DNA from: an uncultured virus (IMG/VR IMGVR_UViG_3300036770_004513)
Lineage: Duplodnaviria > Heunggongvirae > Uroviricota > Caudoviricetes
Virus record (IMG/VR): IMGVR_UViG_3300036770_004513
Length of the DNA: 55,141 bases
Reading direction: 5' to 3' (one strand)
Both the position numbers and the translations under genes were made by a program. Below are positions 29,579 to 37,797 of the stretch, one piece after another; within the stretch, counting starts at the first letter, position 1, and every line of letters starts with the position of its first letter. The notes beneath the pieces are model-generated. The model was not told where the DNA came from. It did not search any database and saw only the letters and a program-made list of their open reading frames with translations.

Positions 29579-30346
29579 TTAGAATAAATTCTCAATGTTA
29601 ACTTCAGCATCTTTAATTCTTTGTGAGGCAATCGTAAAGTATTCTTCATTTAATTCGATTCCTATAAATTTCCTATTATTCTTTACCGCAGCAACACCCG
29701 TTGAACCACTACCCATACAATTATCAAGAACTAATTCTCCTTCGTTTGTGTAGGTTTTTATAAGATACTCCATAAGGGATACGGGCTTTTGAGTTGGATG
29801 AACTTTCCCACCATTAGCCTCCCAACAACCCTGAATAATTGTATCCGGGTTTCTATGAGTATAAGTAAATTTCTTATTAGAATCATTATACTTACCTATG
29901 TCATTTGATGAGGCTTTCTTAGAATAATTTTTTACCGTCACTGGTTTATCTCTTTTAACCATTTGCGGGTTATAACATTTAGGTGCTCCGCCTCCTGTAG
30001 TAAAGATACAAACATCCTCGTGTCGGTTCATTGGCCGATATTTTGCGGTTTGAAATCCTCGTGGAATGTGCTTATCCCATACCCAACAATACTTAAAATT
30101 TGACAAATTTGAGGAAATTAATTGGGTTGTAAAGGGTTGGGCTGAGGTTAAGGCAATAACTGCATTTGGTTTAGAAATTCTATTATAGTGTTCCCATAAT
30201 AAGTCAAATGGAATAACAACATCCCAAGAGCAAGCTGTTGTACCATACGGCAAATCACATAAAATTAGATCAACAGAGTGTTCCGGTATGCTGTTCATAA
30301 CATCTAAACAATCTCCGTGATACAGCTTTATAAATTCATTACTCAT
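29579..30346 (-). CDS. DNA N6-adenine/N4-cytosine methyltransferase (beta class)
   Basis: GDCL..DLILCDLPYG (motif IV), HPTQKP, VLDNCMGSGSTG (motif I), FIGIE. Confidence 0.9.
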   Translation of the reverse strand: MSNEFIKLYHGDCLDVMNSIPEHSVDLILCDLPYGTTACSWDVVIPFDLLWEHYNRISKPNAVIALTSAQPFTTQLISSNLSNFKYCWVWDKHIPRGFQTAKYRPMNRHEDVCIFTTGGGAPKCYNPQMVKRDKPVTVKNYSKKASSNDIGKYNDSNKKFTYTHRNPDTIIQGCWEANGGKVHPTQKPVSLMEYLIKTYTNEGELVLDNCMGSGSTGVAAVKNNRKFIGIELNEEYFTIASQRIKDAEVNIENLF

Positions 30347-30917
30347 AAATCTCTTTCATCAGTTCTATGAAGTGGCTTTTGTTGTATTCAAAGAACGGAC
30401 GATACTTTTTGATCTTTAGATTGATTTCTTTTAAGACTGGATCGTATTCATTATCTTGCATAAAGTGCAAAATACTTTCAACGATAAAGAGAGTCTCAAG
30501 AGAAATCTCACCTCGGATGTAGGCTCTTATAATAGGTGGATGCTTATTTTCTTCAAATTGAACACATTCATAAAGATGTTGATTCTCAGTCAAACCCTTA
30601 AGTTCTTCTTGGAATCTATAAGACAAGGATTGTATTCTTGCTTTCCATTGATTATAATTATCGTCTGCTTTTTGCTTGAGGTCACCAATCCAGATTGTTG
30701 GATCTATAATAAAGGTAGCAACAAAGTATTCGATCAGCTCTTGTTTATCGTATTTCCTACTTAGCTTTTCAAAAAAGTATCGGTCATTCCTTTTATTGTA
30801 AGTCTTTATAGAGGCTCTTACCTTCCCATTGTATTGAAAAAAGTCGTACTTCGGATTAGAGAAGTGTTGTTTAATTGCAAGGTATAGAGTATAACATTCA
30901 TAAGGAGTTAGTTTCAA
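30339..30917 (-). CDS. Helicase loader gp59-like
   Basis: YLAIKQHF...YDFFQYNGK...KRNDRYFFEKL...ISLET...KYRPF. Confidence 0.85.
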   Translation of the reverse strand: MKLTPYECYTLYLAIKQHFSNPKYDFFQYNGKVRASIKTYNKRNDRYFFEKLSRKYDKQELIEYFVATFIIDPTIWIGDLKQKADDNYNQWKARIQSLSYRFQEELKGLTENQHLYECVQFEENKHPPIIRAYIRGEISLETLFIVESILHFMQDNEYDPVLKEINLKIKKYRPFFEYNKSHFIELMKEIYE

Positions 30918-31207
30918 AGCTCCAGTTCTGGTAATGGTCTTGTTGTTAGGCAGTTGAGTTTTGTTACTTGGTGTTCAATCTTTTTCTTGAATTGCTTAGA
31001 GATCAATTTGGGTACGGACTCTATTTCAATTCCTTGCTCTTCACAATAATCTGCAATCGCATTAATGTAATTTTGATACTCATTGTCTCGATAATAAATC
31101 TCGATTGCTTCTGCGAATTGATCTGGTGAGATGAACTTTTTCTCAAACTCTTTCTCTAACTGCTGCTCAATTGCTTTCTTGAGTTTTGTCATAAGTGAAC
31201 TTATCAA
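30914..31207 (-). CDS. Late transcription co-activator gp33-like
   Basis: FAEAIE...YINAIADYCEEQGIEIESVPKLISKQFKKKI; synteny with gp59. Confidence 0.85.
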   Translation of the reverse strand: MISSLMTKLKKAIEQQLEKEFEKKFISPDQFAEAIEIYYRDNEYQNYINAIADYCEEQGIEIESVPKLISKQFKKKIEHQVTKLNCLTTRPLPELEL

Positions 31208-31916
31208 TGTATCGTTTTAAAATTCTTGAGTATGGGTCAAATTGAGTTTTGATGAATGGCTTGATTTGACCATTTTCTGCTGCCATAAAGATGATAAGTT
31301 GTTTAGCATCCAAACCCGTTAATTCCATAAGCATGTAACGATAAGCCAGGGCCTGAACAAAGTAATCCTTAATCCAGTCTTCTCTTTTGATGTACTCAGA
31401 GGTTTTGTAGTCAATAATACTTAATACACCATTGTATTCTGCAATACAGTCTGCAGTACCAGCAAGTCCAAGGATTTCGCTGAATAATGAAATCTCAAGT
31501 CCAAGGATGTTATCAATCTTATTAAGCTCTGGTCTTAGGTTCTCAAACAAGAAATAAGGAAGGGATTTATAATTATCAATTGTTTCATTTTCGTTGAGAA
31601 GTTTGATAACCTTATCATCATCAGGAAAAAGTGTGGTCTCATCAGGCAATTCTAGATTGCTGACATAGTGCTCAATCAGGGTATGTGTCTTTGTTCCCCG
31701 TGTGGTAGAACGGTTAGTGATTCTATTGGCCTCCTTTTCACCTTTCTCTTGTCTCCAGTTAACGAATTTATGTTTCGTATTATGAGAAATTAAGGTTGTG
31801 ATTGATGTGAAGGCTTGTTGGGTTTCTGGATTTTCATAATACCTTAGGCCTGGTCTATCGACTCTTACTAACTTAGGAACTACTAATGGCTTATGGGTGA
31901 ATATCTTTTGCATCAC
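31167..31916 (-). CDS. PD-(D/E)xK exonuclease
   Basis: SITT...RGTKTH...LAGTADCIAEYNGVLSIIDYKTS...YFVQALAY. Confidence 0.85.
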   Translation of the reverse strand: MMQKIFTHKPLVVPKLVRVDRPGLRYYENPETQQAFTSITTLISHNTKHKFVNWRQEKGEKEANRITNRSTTRGTKTHTLIEHYVSNLELPDETTLFPDDDKVIKLLNENETIDNYKSLPYFLFENLRPELNKIDNILGLEISLFSEILGLAGTADCIAEYNGVLSIIDYKTSEYIKREDWIKDYFVQALAYRYMLMELTGLDAKQLIIFMAAENGQIKPFIKTQFDPYSRILKRYIDKFTYDKTQESN

Positions 31917-31930
31917 GTCTCATTGTTAAA

Positions 31931-32104
31931 TTATAAATCGAAAATCTTATTGTGAGAATCTTCTAACTGATTGATTTGTTGTTGTAAAAGTTCGATCTGT
32001 TCAAGACAAGCGATTACAACTTCATTTCCAGGTGTTGGGAGTAGATTGCTGAATCTGCGCATCCTATTGCGATGGTTAGAATCCCAAATGGTTTGTGTCG
32101 TCAT
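31931..32104 (-). CDS. Small hypothetical protein (57 aa)
   Basis: Read by hand: MTTQTIWDSNHRNRMRRFSNLLPTPGNEVVIACLEQIELLQQQINQ... Confidence 0.5.
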   Translation of the reverse strand: MTTQTIWDSNHRNRMRRFSNLLPTPGNEVVIACLEQIELLQQQINQLEDSHNKIFDL

Positions 32105-32166
32105 AATTTATTGGTGTTTTGTAGTAGATTGAAGTGTTGAATAAGTTATGGATAGGGAATAGATTT

Positions 32167-32382
32167 TTAAAAGCCGACCAATTCTAGCAACCCACCACTA
32201 GAATCTCGAAGAAGAACATTGCCACCGTCTAATTGTTGTTGTTTTGCTCTTTTGTATAGCGTTATTGCCCTAAGGAAAATTTCACCACGAGAAAGACCCG
32301 TTTGTTCTTCAATGGTTTTTATGTCTTCCGCAAGCTCATCAGTTAAGTAAATGTCAAATCTCTTTTGCATCTGGGTTATCAC
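32167..32382 (-). CDS. Ribbon-helix-helix (CopG-like) DNA-binding protein
   Basis: KRFDIYLTDELAEDIKTIEEQTGLSRGEIFLRAITLY strand-helix-helix pattern. Confidence 0.7.
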   Translation of the reverse strand: MITQMQKRFDIYLTDELAEDIKTIEEQTGLSRGEIFLRAITLYKRAKQQQLDGGNVLLRDSSGGLLELVGF

Positions 32383-32716
32383 TATTTTTTGGTGAAGGAA
32401 TAATTCCGTGGTTTTCGATTGACAATTGGGTTAAAACAAACAGGGAACTTTCAGGCCAACATAATTGAATTAATTTATTTCGAATCTCTTCTGCATTTTT
32501 CCTGATAAGTTGTGATGTATTATTGTATAGTGCTGCAGTTTCATTAAATGATTGACTTCGCCAGACTAAGCTACCATTAGTTCTTGTGGTAACATTAAAT
32601 TCATAAAGGCTATTATAGTCATTAAGTCTCTTTAAATAAACCGGGCAAATAGCAATGATTTCGCTTGCAGGGATTAGGGTCCCTTGAATCTCAATAATAG
32701 GGTTTTCCATTGTCAT
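32354..32716 (-). CDS. Hypothetical protein
   Basis: 120-aa ORF within an operon-like run. Confidence 0.5.
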   Translation of the reverse strand: MTMENPIIEIQGTLIPASEIIAICPVYLKRLNDYNSLYEFNVTTRTNGSLVWRSQSFNETAALYNNTSQLIRKNAEEIRNKLIQLCWPESSLFVLTQLSIENHGIIPSPKNSDNPDAKEI

Positions 32717-32725
32717 TAAAATGAA

Positions 32726-33118
32726 TCAAGTGTTAGATGAGACGTTATTGATTTTTGAATCATGTTCATTTAGAGCGTTCTCATAAAAGTTCAAAGCATC
32801 GACAATTACCTCAGCCTTAGACTTTCCTGTTCTATTAGCAAGATCGGTAAGTGCATCCATAAATTTATTCTCCGCACGAATTTCTAGTCGAATAGATTTA
32901 CTATGAGACTCGTTAGAATCTTCCTTAAATTGATTAGGGTGTAATAAAATCGGGCGGGGATGGTGCTTACCGCAAATGCTGCATTTTGTGCCTAGTGGCC
33001 AGCCATCTAGTAGAACATAACCAACTTCGCTGAGCTTATAACTCCACTGATGAAAACCTAGAAAACATAAGAGCCGGTCGTAGACTTTTAAACTTTTTTT
33101 AATCATTAGATAATTCAC
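32726..33118 (-). CDS. Hypothetical protein with Cys/His N-terminus and C-terminal ribbon-helix-helix
   Basis: LCFLGFHQW...CSICGK followed by SIRLEIRAENKFMDALTDLANRTGKSKAEVIVDALNFY. Confidence 0.55.
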   Translation of the reverse strand: MNYLMIKKSLKVYDRLLCFLGFHQWSYKLSEVGYVLLDGWPLGTKCSICGKHHPRPILLHPNQFKEDSNESHSKSIRLEIRAENKFMDALTDLANRTGKSKAEVIVDALNFYENALNEHDSKINNVSSNT

Positions 33119-33145
33119 GAAAATTAGGTTGATTCATAATGATGT

Positions 33146-33439
33146 TCATGACTCTTTCTTTTCGATTGAAAGATTAGTACGAATTAAATCCCAGGCCTCA
33201 GAAACTTGTTGTGAACTGTTAGTCAATCCAGATTCTTTTTCGATTAAATCAACAGCGTTTTTAAGCTCTAAGAATGTAGCTTTTTTTCGAGAATTCTCTG
33301 ATTTATCATTAATTAATTCCAAGATAAAAAATACAAAGAAAGCAATACCCCAGAGTAAAATAGCCAATCCGTTATCAGAAGGGTTAGCAGCACTGTAATA
33401 AATCGCCCACATCAATACTGCAAAATCTGAATTTTTCAT
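33146..33439 (-). CDS. Hypothetical membrane protein
   Basis: Hydrophobic stretch LAILLWGIAFFVFFILELI; first gene after the promoter at 33506-33558. Confidence 0.55.
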   Translation of the reverse strand: MKNSDFAVLMWAIYYSAANPSDNGLAILLWGIAFFVFFILELINDKSENSRKKATFLELKNAVDLIEKESGLTNSSQQVSEAWDLIRTNLSIEKKES

Positions 33440-33505
33440 AATAGAAACAAAATAGGGTTAAAGAGATTACACCAAACAGGATTTGAATTTGTTTGGCTGG
33501 CCCTA

Positions 33506-33558
33506 AGTCTAACACAAAGGGCCAGGTTTGTCAAGTAGGCCAGTTAGTCAAGTGTCAC
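33506..33558 (-). promoter_or_regulatory. sigma70-like early promoter with upstream GACAC-N6-AACTGG motif
   Basis: GTGACACttgactAACTGGCctac TTGACA-17 nt-TAGACT with TG extension. Confidence 0.8.
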
Positions 33559-34313
33559 AATGAGATGCCCAGTTCGCTCTTTTTGATAATGTAATTCTTC
33601 ACAATGTCAGAACGAACAATGTCCTCAATCTGGAAATCAATAAATTCAAACTCATCCATCTGCCTTAGGATTCTAAGGAACTCTGCTGCTCCGTGCTTTT
33701 CATTGACCTTTGTAAGATCAGACTGATCAAGGTCACCAGAAAAATGCATTTTACAATTATTACCGATACGAGTAATAATACTATCAAGTTCGTGTGAATT
33801 AAGGTTAGAAAACTCATCAACAATAAGAATACAGTTATCGAAAGTCATACCCCGAATAAAGCTGGTAGACATAAAGTAGAAGGATTTCTGATTCTTTAGA
33901 TTACCATAAAGAAGTTCATACTCCTCTTCGGTATTAACCTCAAACAGCTTTTTAATCATGTACTTATAAGGTTTCTCATAATGAGACTGTTTCTCATCAA
34001 CAGAACCTTTAAGAAAACCAATGTCACGAGTTGGTACGATAGAACGTACCATAATCACTTTATCATAAGGTGTATTGGGATCTAGAACCTCTTCCAGTGC
34101 CTTATAAAGAATACATAGGGTCTTACCTACACCAGCATAGCCGTGAGCAACAATAAATTTTCCATCATCATAAGCATCAAAAAGTTTAGCCTGATTATCG
34201 GTTAATGGTTCAAGTTCGACCAGATGATCCAATGTTATTGTTTGTGGTTTTCTTCTCAGCTTATTTGCTGAGGAAAGACCTACTGGAACCGTTGACTTTC
34301 TTTTTCTTGCCAT
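33555..34313 (-). CDS. phoH: PhoH-like ATPase
   Basis: PLTDNQ...GYAGVGKT...RDIGFLKG...STSFIRG...IVDEFSN...SGDLDQSDL...DIVRS. Confidence 0.95.
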   Translation of the reverse strand: MARKRKSTVPVGLSSANKLRRKPQTITLDHLVELEPLTDNQAKLFDAYDDGKFIVAHGYAGVGKTLCILYKALEEVLDPNTPYDKVIMVRSIVPTRDIGFLKGSVDEKQSHYEKPYKYMIKKLFEVNTEEEYELLYGNLKNQKSFYFMSTSFIRGMTFDNCILIVDEFSNLNSHELDSIITRIGNNCKMHFSGDLDQSDLTKVNEKHGAAEFLRILRQMDEFEFIDFQIEDIVRSDIVKNYIIKKSELGISL

Positions 34314-34322
34314 AAAAGTGAG

Positions 34323-34571
34323 TTAGATTTTTTCTACTTTGGAGCCGGGGACTTTTGAGAAACGATTGACCATTTCTTTCCAGCCTGGATGGGATTTGGC
34401 TAGTTTGTCTTTCCATTCCCCCACCTCACCACTATTCGGTGCGGTTGAAGGATCAGACCAATCCCTAATAATGTGGGGATTTTCTACTTTAAAAGTTTCC
34501 CATTCGTCTAAGGAAAGAAAGATTTCTGTTCTTTCTCCTGTTTCTTTGTTGTAAATTGGATAAGTTGGCAT
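34323..34571 (-). CDS. Small conserved protein (FmdB-like N-terminus) upstream of phoH
   Basis: MPTYPIYNKETGE...GWKEMVNRFSKVPGS. Confidence 0.7.
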   Translation of the reverse strand: MPTYPIYNKETGERTEIFLSLDEWETFKVENPHIIRDWSDPSTAPNSGEVGEWKDKLAKSHPGWKEMVNRFSKVPGSKVEKI

Positions 34572-34598
34572 AGTATTTTTCAGGTTACTCTATCTATT

Positions 34599-35795
34599 CT
34601 AAATTTCCCACTGGTTATCACCACCAAGGGCCTCATAACAAGTGGGGAACTGTTCTGCAAAGATTTCTTTACAACCTTTTGCAATGTCCATGTGTTCCTT
34701 TTGAGTTCCATTCTTCTCTCTTAAGGCGATGTAAGTTATCCAGGATCGAACATTTCCTGTCATATAAATCCTTGTTGGTGTTGCTAATGGCAGAATAAAT
34801 CTTGCACATTCCTTTGCAATACCCTGTTCTAAGAGATTATTATAAAGCCTTTGTCCTTGTTCAAAGTAATTAGAGATTTGCGTTTGTAGATTTAGCTTGA
34901 CATAATCACCTAGATCATCAATCGAATTCTGTCGATTTTGAGTATCCTGCCTCCTTAGATCGGGGATTATTGGGGAATCAGAAAGGACAGAGGTATCCAT
35001 GTACCTTTGGCTATTGTGAACCACAACACCATCAGCAACATAATTATGAGATTTATGGTCTATCTCTAGATCATAAGTCATTTGAGGACCGAGATACTTT
35101 ACAGATTTAACCTTGGACCAATCAACAGAATTAATAACTAAACCCGTGCAACCAATGTAATCATTCCTGGTAATAACTGCCTTATTATCATCCAAAGAAA
35201 GTCCAAAATGATCCTCTAAGGAAACAAACCCATCTTGTGTAAGGACCTTATGTTCTTTGGTGCAACGAATAACTTTACCATTTTCTAAAGTAACTTCAAA
35301 AATGTGTTTTAAACCAGTCTTAAAGACTTCCTTGATGTGGGCATTAGTGAAGCTGCGAGTTTCCTCATCAAATACTCTCACGTATCTGCTTTTAATTTCT
35401 TCTTTTGATTCAAACCCTTTAGACCATTCATTATAAAGTTGTTCTAAAGTGGTTGTATAGGAGGTATTATCGTCTATAGAATGCGTTGAATCGAAGTAAA
35501 CATTCGTACTTCCAGCCATACAAAATTCCTGGAAGGTGAAACTTCTGTGCCGTAAAATCTGGGCTGCAATGGCTCTTGTGGTATTAATCTCAAGAGTCAT
35601 ATAAGAATGTTCAAAGATGCTAACGTGCTTATTTTTGATGCAATAACGAATAAGACCTGAGGCTGTTTCAAAATTAAGTTGATTGTTAGGATTACTTACC
35701 CTTGCCACATAAGAAATAACTTCTTGGGCGTTCTTATTAATAAGCTCTCCTGCCCCTTGAGTTAATGCGATCAACTTAATAACGGGTTTTGTCAT
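34599..35795 (-). CDS. thyX: Flavin-dependent thymidylate synthase ThyX interrupted by an intein
   Basis: ARVS, HxSIFEH, RHRSFTFQEF|SQRY after intein removal, KECARFILP, RSWITYIALR, TQKEH. Confidence 0.95.
   Translation of the reverse strand: MTKPVIKLIALTQGAGELINKNAQEVISYVARVSNPNNQLNFETASGLIRYCIKNKHVSIFEHSYMTLEINTTRAIAAQILRHRSFTFQEFCMAGSTNVYFDSTHSIDDNTSYTTTLEQLYNEWSKGFESKEEIKSRYVRVFDEETRSFTNAHIKEVFKTGLKHIFEVTLENGKVIRCTKEHKVLTQDGFVSLEDHFGLSLDDNKAVITRNDYIGCTGLVINSVDWSKVKSVKYLGPQMTYDLEIDHKSHNYVADGVVVHNSQRYMDTSVLSDSPIIPDLRRQDTQNRQNSIDDLGDYVKLNLQTQISNYFEQGQRLYNNLLEQGIAKECARFILPLATPTRIYMTGNVRSWITYIALREKNGTQKEHMDIAKGCKEIFAEQFPTCYEALGGDNQWEI
35013..35522 (-). mobile_element. Mini-intein (170 aa) in ThyX
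   Basis: Starts CMAGST (Cys1), block B CTKEHK, ends TYDLEIDHKSHNYVADGVVVHN followed by Ser(+1); too short to hold a homing endonuclease. Confidence 0.95.
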
Positions 35796-36016
35796 AATTT
35801 AAATTTCTCGTAAAATGTACTTTCTTCTGCGTTATTTAATAGAATTTCAGGACCCTCATCTGGTTCCTCATAATACTCTGGTTCTGGGTTTTGAATGAGG
35901 TCAGCTATACTTATGGTATTTTCCGGTGGTGGTCTTGTTTCCTCACCCAATTCCATTTTTAACAGCTCTAATTGATTCTCAATCGTTTGAATGATCAGAC
36001 GAATTTTGGCTTCCAT
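35792..36016 (-). CDS. Hypothetical acidic protein
   Basis: 74 aa; coupled to thyX. Confidence 0.6.
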   Translation of the reverse strand: MEAKIRLIIQTIENQLELLKMELGEETRPPPENTISIADLIQNPEPEYYEEPDEGPEILLNNAEESTFYEKFKL

Positions 36017-36452
36017 AATAGTTAATAAGGGCTTTTGCGTTAATGTAGTCCTTTATGTATTGAGGGCAGTTTGGGTTTAATGCTACGCCGCAACGAACAA
36101 ACTCATCCTTATCATCAGCAAGTTTTTCAAGTAAATGAATTGGACAGTTTGGATTTTGTGCTACGCAGTAACGAACACCGCATTCTTTATCGTCAGATAA
36201 TTTTTCGAGTAAATGAACCGGACAGTTTGGGTTTTCTGCTACGGCATAGCGAACATACCATTCATCATCAGAAAGTTTTTCGAGTAAATGAATTGGGCAG
36301 TTTAGGTTTTTTGCTACGCCGCAACGAACAAAATATTCTTCATCATCAGCAAGTTTTTCGAGTAGATAAACAGGACAGTTTAGGTTTTTTGCTGCGCAGC
36401 GACGAACAGCCCAGAAATCAGCATTAGCTATCGCTTCAAAATTGGTTTCCAT
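35979..36452 (-). CDS. Leucine-rich-variant (LRV/HEAT-like) repeat protein 3
   Basis: About five 24-aa repeats VRxxVAxNPNCPxHLLEKLxDD. Confidence 0.85.
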   Translation of the reverse strand: METNFEAIANADFWAVRRCAAKNLNCPVYLLEKLADDEEYFVRCGVAKNLNCPIHLLEKLSDDEWYVRYAVAENPNCPVHLLEKLSDDKECGVRYCVAQNPNCPIHLLEKLADDKDEFVRCGVALNPNCPQYIKDYINAKALINYYGSQNSSDHSND

Positions 36453-36966
36453 AATGAGTAATAAAGCTTTTGACTTCGATGTATTCCTTTAAGTATTGCG
36501 GGCAGTTGGAGTTTCTTTTTATCAATTGGCGAACAGACAAACTTTCATCATCAGCAAGTTTTTCGAGTAGATAAACAGGACAGTTTGGATTTCCTGCTAC
36601 ACTCCAGCGAACGTCCCATTGTTGTTTATGAATAGCAAGTTTTTCGAGTAGATAGACAGGACTATTTGGATTTCCCGCTACTCCACAGAGAACAATCCAA
36701 TGTTCATCAACAACAAGTTTTTCGAGTAGATAAACAGGGCAGTTTGGATTTAATGAAACTTCATAGCGAACGAGTCTCCTTTCATCATCAGCAAGTTTTT
36801 CGAATAAATGAACAGGGCAGTTTAGGTTTTTTGCCACGCCATAGCGAACATCCCCAGAATTATCATCCGCTAGCTTTTCTAGTAGATGAATTGGACAGTT
36901 TGGGTTTATTGCTACGCTGCGGCGATCAACCCAATGTTCAGAATTAGCTAGCTCTTCAAAATTCAT
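36436..36966 (-). CDS. Leucine-rich-variant (LRV/HEAT-like) repeat protein 2
   Basis: About six 24-aa repeats with the same consensus. Confidence 0.85.
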   Translation of the reverse strand: MNFEELANSEHWVDRRSVAINPNCPIHLLEKLADDNSGDVRYGVAKNLNCPVHLFEKLADDERRLVRYEVSLNPNCPVYLLEKLVVDEHWIVLCGVAGNPNSPVYLLEKLAIHKQQWDVRWSVAGNPNCPVYLLEKLADDESLSVRQLIKRNSNCPQYLKEYIEVKSFITHYGNQF

Positions 36967-37315
36967 TTTTATAATAATGATTAATAAACTCTTTTGCGTT
37001 AATGTAGTCTTTTAAGTATTGAGGGCAGTTTGGGTTTTCTGCTACACAACAACCAACAATACAAAACATATCAAATACCAGTTTTTCAAGTAAATGGACA
37101 GGACAGTTCGGGTTTTCTGCCACGCCTGCACGAATATCCCAATTAAAATCGTTAGCAAGTTTTTCAAGTAAATGTACGGGGCAGTTTGGGGTTCTGGCTA
37201 AGTTATAGAGAATCCACCAATTTTTAGAATTAGCTAGCTCTTCAAAATTGGTTTCTATGACGACATCAAACATTTGGATTATTAAGCCGAGTGACTTCAG
37301 GATCAATAAGTTCAC
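36956..37315 (-). CDS. Leucine-rich-variant (LRV/HEAT-like) repeat protein 1
   Basis: About three repeats; true start probably the internal MFDVVIETNFEELANS. Confidence 0.8.
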   Translation of the reverse strand: MNLLILKSLGLIIQMFDVVIETNFEELANSKNWWILYNLARTPNCPVHLLEKLANDFNWDIRAGVAENPNCPVHLLEKLVFDMFCIVGCCVAENPNCPQYLKDYINAKEFINHYYKNEF

Positions 37316-37466
37316 CTGGAACCCGCTTAATCCAAGATGTGTAGCGCATCAATTGGGTCATCAATGAACCCAGAAGATCGGGTGCCTGAGACGCAGAAAT
37401 GCTTGCGTGTTGAATTTCGCCGGCCTCATTACGATAGCTGAAATAGATTTTATCAGTGGGTTCCAT
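37266..37466 (-). CDS. Hypothetical protein
   Basis: 66 aa; first gene after the promoter at 37490-37546. Confidence 0.55.
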   Translation of the reverse strand: MEPTDKIYFSYRNEAGEIQHASISASQAPDLLGSLMTQLMRYTSWIKRVPGELIDPEVTRLNNPNV

Positions 37467-37489
37467 AAGTGCTTTTGTAAACTGGAATC

Positions 37490-37546
37490 AGTCTAACACG
37501 TTTTAGGGCCTTATGGAAGTCTTATGTGCCAGTTTGTGGAGTGTCT
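37490..37546 (-). promoter_or_regulatory. Early-type promoter with upstream motif
   Basis: GACACtccacaAACTGGCac...TTCCAT-17 nt-TAGACT. Confidence 0.65.
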
Positions 37547-37551
37547 AGTTA

Positions 37552-37797
37552 TTAATAGTGTTCTACTTTGATGAACTCATTTGGTTTAGTAGAGACAAAC
37601 CAAGTCTTATGTCTTGGTTTATGAGGCCTATAACACCAAGTTCTAATAATCGTAAGTTCATCCGACACGTCTAAAGAGTGCAGATGATTTGCGTGTTTTT
37701 TGGCATTATTGAATGTCTCAAAATGTTTGATTATTAAGTTGCCATTATTACTATAATAAGAAACCTCATAAAAGGTCTTAGAAATTCTGTTTCTCAT
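37552..37797 (-). CDS. Hypothetical protein
   Basis: 81-aa ORF coupled to the upstream gene. Confidence 0.5.
   Translation of the reverse strand: MRNRISKTFYEVSYYSNNGNLIIKHFETFNNAKKHANHLHSLDVSDELTIIRTWCYRPHKPRHKTWFVSTKPNEFIKVEHY

Noticed and set aside
31167..31916. Cas4/CRISPR-associated nuclease
   Set aside because: It lacks the Fe-S cysteine cluster, has no array nearby, and sits in the usual phoH-exonuclease-gp33-gp59 core context.
35979..37315. Diversity-generating retroelement template/variable repeats
   Set aside because: There is no reverse transcriptase in the window, and the repeat differences do not appear confined to adenines.
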